From: Macrostomum hystrix
Lineage: Eukaryota > Animalia > Platyhelminthes
Direction: 5' to 3'
Length of the DNA stretch: 64,000 bases
Assembly: GCA_950097015.1 (NCBI GenBank)
Contig: CATNEN010000008.1
Span: 3,162,001 to 3,226,000 of the forward strand
Shown here: one piece after another, positions 60,301-64,000 of the stretch
Layout: each line of letters opens with the position of its first letter
Position numbering within the stretch: the first letter of the stretch is position 1
Program-made: the position numbers and the translations under genes
The notes under the pieces: model-generated
The model's input: only the letters and a program-made list of their open reading frames with translations
Told to the model about the DNA's origin: nothing
Databases searched by the model: none

Positions 60301-62706
60301 TCGGGAGTGTTCTGCGATTCCTAACTACTCAGGTTTGTGAGCTGCTTTCCTAGAATTCAGCAAGTCTGTGAAATCTAAGTTAACTCGAATAAAATTGAGC
60401 TTGAGCTTGGCTTTTTTATTAAATCCGACATAAATCAGAATCTAAGAAAAAGTGTCTTAGAGGAACACAAGGTGAATAAAAATTGAAGCATGTTGAATTT
60501 GTTTAAGAAACGAATAAGTTCCTTATCTGTTTATCACATTAAGAAACGCAACAGACCGGGACCCGCCGCTGCTGCTGCTGCCACTTTTGAAAGCTTGCAC
60601 ACTGCTGCTGAAACTGCACAAGCTGCTGAAGATGAAATTTCTAACAGTCCCGCCTCTGGCGTAAGTGATCAGTTTTGGTGCCACGACTCGAAGAAATTGC
60701 ACTTCAGCAAGCTTGCTTTTTTAATTAGTAATGCTCTGTGTTCAATTAATTCCTTCACTGATGGGATAGACTAGCAATCCATTCTGTTCCTTCACTGATG
60801 GGATAGACTAGCAATCCATTCTGTTCCTTCAATGATGGGATAGACTAGCAATTCATTCTGTTCCTTCACCCATGGGATAGACAAGCAATCCATTCTGTTC
60901 CTTCACTGATGGGATAGACTAGCAATCCATTCTGTTCCTTCACCCATGGGATAGACTAGCAATCCATTCTGTTCCTTCACTGATGGGATAGACTAGCAAT
61001 CCATTCTGTTCCTTCACCCATGGGATAGACTAGCAATCCATTCTGTTCCTTCACTCATGGGATAGACTAGCAATCCATTCTGTTCCTTCACTGATGGGAT
61101 AGACTAGCAATCCATTCTGTTCCTTCACTGATGGGATAGACTAGCAATCCATTCTGTTCCTTCACCCATGGGATAGACTAGCAATCCGTTCTGTTCCTTC
61201 ACTGATGGGATAGACTAGCAATCCATTCTGTTCCTTCACTGATGGCATAGACTAGCAATCCATTCTGTTCCTTCACCCATGGGATAGACTAGCAATCCAT
61301 TCTGTTCCTTCACTGATGGGATAGACTAGCAATCCATTCTGTTCCTTCACTGATGGGATAGACTAGCAATCCATTCTGTTCCTTCACTCATGGGATAGAC
61401 TAGCAATCCATTCTGTTCCTTCACCCATGGGATAGACAAGCAATCCATTCTGTTCCTTCACTGATGGGATAGACTAGCAATCCATTCTGTTCCTTCACTG
61501 ATGGGATAGACTAGCAATCCATTCTGTTCCTTCACCCATGGGATAGACTAGCAATCCATTCTGTTCCTTCACCCATGGGATAGACTAGCAATCCATTCTG
61601 TTCCTTCACCCATGGGATAGACTAGCAATCCATTCTGTTCCTTCACTGATGGGATAGACTAGCAATCCATTCTGTTCCTTCACCCATGGGATAGACTAGC
61701 AATCCATTCTGTTCCTTCACTCATGGGATAGACTAGCAATCCATTCTGTTCCTTCACTGATGGGATAGACTAGCAATCCATTCTGTTCCTTCACCCATGG
61801 GATAGACTAGCAATCCATTCTGTTCCTTCACTGATGGGATAGACTAGCAATCCATTCTGTTCCTTCACTGATGGGATAGACTAGCAATCCATTCTGTTCC
61901 TTCACCCATGGGATAGACTAGCAATCCGTTCTGTTCCTTCACCCATGGGATAGACTAGCAATCCATTCTGTTCCTTCACCCATGGGATAGACTAGCAATC
62001 CATTCTGTTCCTTCACTCATGGGATAGACTAGCAATCCATTCTGTTCCTTCACCCATGGGATAGACAAGCAATCCATTCTGTTCCTTCACTGATGGCATA
62101 GCTTAGCAATCCATTCTGTTCCTTCACTGATGGGATAGACTAGCAATCCATTCTGTTCCTTCACCCATGGGATAGACTAGCAATCCATTCTGTTCCTTCA
62201 CCCATGGGATAGACTAGCAATCCATTCTGTTCCTTCACTGATGGGATAGACTAGCAATCCATTCTGTTCCTTCACTGATGGGATAGACTAGCAATCCATT
62301 CTGTTCCTTCACCCATAGGATAGACTAGCAATCCATTCTGTTCCTTCACCCATGGGATAGACTAGCAATCCATTCAGTTCCTTCACTCATGGGATAGACT
62401 AGCAATCCATTCTGTTCCTTCACTCATGGGATAGACTAGCAATCCATTCTGTTCCTTCACTGATGGGATAGACTAGCAATCCATTCTGTTCCTTCACTGA
62501 TGGGATAGACTAGCAATCCATTCGCGAACATCCGCCTGTTGCTCTGGCAGGCTGTCGGAGTGTCGCAGGCGGAATGCTGCTATGATTCGCTGATGCCTTC
62601 GACCTCCTACTCAGCCTCGGTGCTGATGAAGGCTGGCGCCGACGATCTGTGGGAGTCAGAGAGCGACTGCACGGTGTACTTGGAAATCGTTGCTGACAGG
62701 ATCTGA
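57312..62706 (+). CDS. G7: SP-FTLD-Ig-proximal-TM receptor with class B ITIM/ITSM-like tail
   Basis: SP 57312-57378 MTAAALIILLTASHCLCTCLCD; FTLD 57914-58147, 58284-58492, 58562-58664; Ig 59113-59346; proximal 59457-59617; TM exon 59997-60332 (HAIIVSTVVCSILAVLILGSVL); cytoplasmic exon about 60544-60660 (acceptor uncertain); tail 62551-62706 ...AECCYDSL...ESDCTVYLEIVADRI*. Confidence 0.8.
57740..60396 (+). repeat. Direct segmental duplication copy 2 (partner ~48590-51288)
   Basis: As for copy 1. Differs by a longer SINE remnant and a different copy number of the 52-bp repeat. Confidence 0.92.
58755..59030 (+). mobile_element. SINE family 1 copy (its duplicate at 49690-49810 lacks ~120 nt)
   Basis: Shares CGGCGAGGCCACATT and the hairpin segment. 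Confidence 0.6.
60745..62522. repeat. 37-bp array TTCCTTCACTGATGGGATAGACTAGCAATCCATTCTG
   Basis: Fills the last intron of G7. Confidence 0.97.
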
Positions 62707-63019
62707 AGTCGCTCCTTGTTTGTCGAATTTCGAATATTTCTACAAGATCGTTCTCGCGGCCACCCGGCTACTATTTGCGCGGATTGCACTATCGATCGAA
62801 GTTGTCTGCTACTGTACGAGTATTGTCACAGATTATTATGCATGCCGTGTTCAATATTTTATATAAAATTTTAGTTTATATAATTGGCTTAACGGTGACC
62901 AGCAAATCTTCCGTTTACCGTATAGCTCATCAGCTTGAAGTCTGTCGGAGAAGCTCTACGGACATTCTCGAGTAGCATGCTGTGTCTCGGGCTGTTCTCA
63001 CCCAATGGATTGGATAGCC

Positions 63020-63630
63020 ACTCACTCCCTCTCCCTCTCCTTCTCCCTCTCCATCTCACCCTCTTACTCTCCTTCTCCCTCTCCCTCTCACCCTCTTACT
63101 CCCCTTCTCCCTCTCCATCTCACCCTCTTACTCTCCTTCTCCCTCTCCCTCTCACCCTCTTACTCTCCTTCTCCCTCTCCATCTCACCCTCTTACTCCCC
63201 TTCTCCCTCTCCCTCTCACCCTCTTACTCTCCTTCTCCCTCTCCATCTCACCCTCTTACTCTCCTTCTCCCTCTCCATCTCACCCTCTTACTCTCCTTCT
63301 CCCTCTCCATCTCACCCTCTTACTCTCCTTCTTCCTCTCCATCTCACCCTCTTACTCTCCTTCTTCCTCTCCATCTCACCCTCTTACTCTCCTTCTTCCT
63401 CTCCATCTCACCCTCTTACTCTCCTTCTTCCCTCTCCATCTCACCCTCTTACTCTCCTTCTCCCTCTCCATCTCACCCTCTTACTCTCCTTCTCCCTCTC
63501 CATCTCACCCTCTTACTCTCCTTCTCCCTCTCCATCTCACCCTCTTACTCTCCTTCTTCCTCTCCATCTCACCCTCTTACTCTCCTTCTCCCTCTCCATC
63601 TCACCCTCTTACTCTCCTTCTCCCTCTCCC
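63020..63630. repeat. 32-bp CT-rich array CTCTCCATCTCACCCTCTTACTCTCCTTCTCC
   Basis: Direct tandem units. Confidence 0.95.
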
Positions 63631-64000
63631 ATTCCCCTCAAGAGTTTCATGGATTCGCAGAACTCGTATGGAATTAATTATCCTGTCAAGCGCATACTCG
63701 GATTTTAAAGAAAAAATGTACGCATTAAACATTTTAACTATTCCAGCTGCATGCCAGAATCTGTTTATGAAAGTTTCGTTAATACTTGACAATAACTGTT
63801 GGATTTGTGTTGGTGTGTCCGGCTAAAATAAGCTAGCAAAAGTGTAAATCAAAGCCTTAATTTAACTGTGTGAATGCAATTTTTCTACCTTATAGCTTTA
63901 TGTGGCTGTGCTAAGCTGCACAGATCGACAGTGTAATCCGGCCACTAAAACCTGCACCAGCCGATTCTTGCTTTGCCAACATCCTTGGCTAGCTGAGTTT

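Noticed and set aside
60745-62522. CRISPR-like array (37-bp unit; also the 34- and 81-bp arrays)
   Set aside because: Units are head-to-tail with no unique spacers, no cas genes, and the context is eukaryotic introns.
62935-63826. Ser/Pro/Leu-rich ORFs of 257-273 aa
   Set aside because: Read-through of a 32-bp CT-rich array.

Overview
This is intron-rich animal genomic DNA. The repeat-stuffed introns resemble those of flatworm genomes such as Macrostomum, but that is inference only. The six-frame ORF track is mostly exon fragments and minisatellite read-throughs. Splicing exons by hand (GT/GC-AG boundaries, reading phase) gives a tandem cluster of seven type-I membrane receptor genes, G1-G7, built from a few reusable modules: a signal-peptide exon, a three-exon divergent F-type-lectin/discoidin-like domain (FTLD), single-exon Cys-rich Ig-like domains, a two-exon membrane-proximal domain, a TM segment and a tyrosine-motif tail. 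Architectures: G1 (minus) and G2 are SP-FTLD-TM; G3 is a disrupted copy; G4 has 3 FTLD + 9 Ig; G5 has 2 FTLD + 12 Ig; G6 and G7 have FTLD + Ig. Tails fall into two classes. Class B has an ITIM-like CxYxx[LV] followed by an ITSM-like TxYxxI (G2, G3, G4, G5, G7). Class A has EYENS...GVYV (G1, G6). Twice in the window a near-identical ectodomain is coupled once to a class A and once to a class B tail (G1/G2 head-to-head inverted; G6/G7 direct). That is the layout of paired immune receptors and is functionally reminiscent of Siglecs. Introns carry more than 25 distinct tandem repeats, tRNA-derived SINEs, and LINE, Gypsy and DIRS/Ngaro remnants. I found no rRNA, CRISPR array or credible tRNA gene. 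All gene models are manual and lack transcript support.
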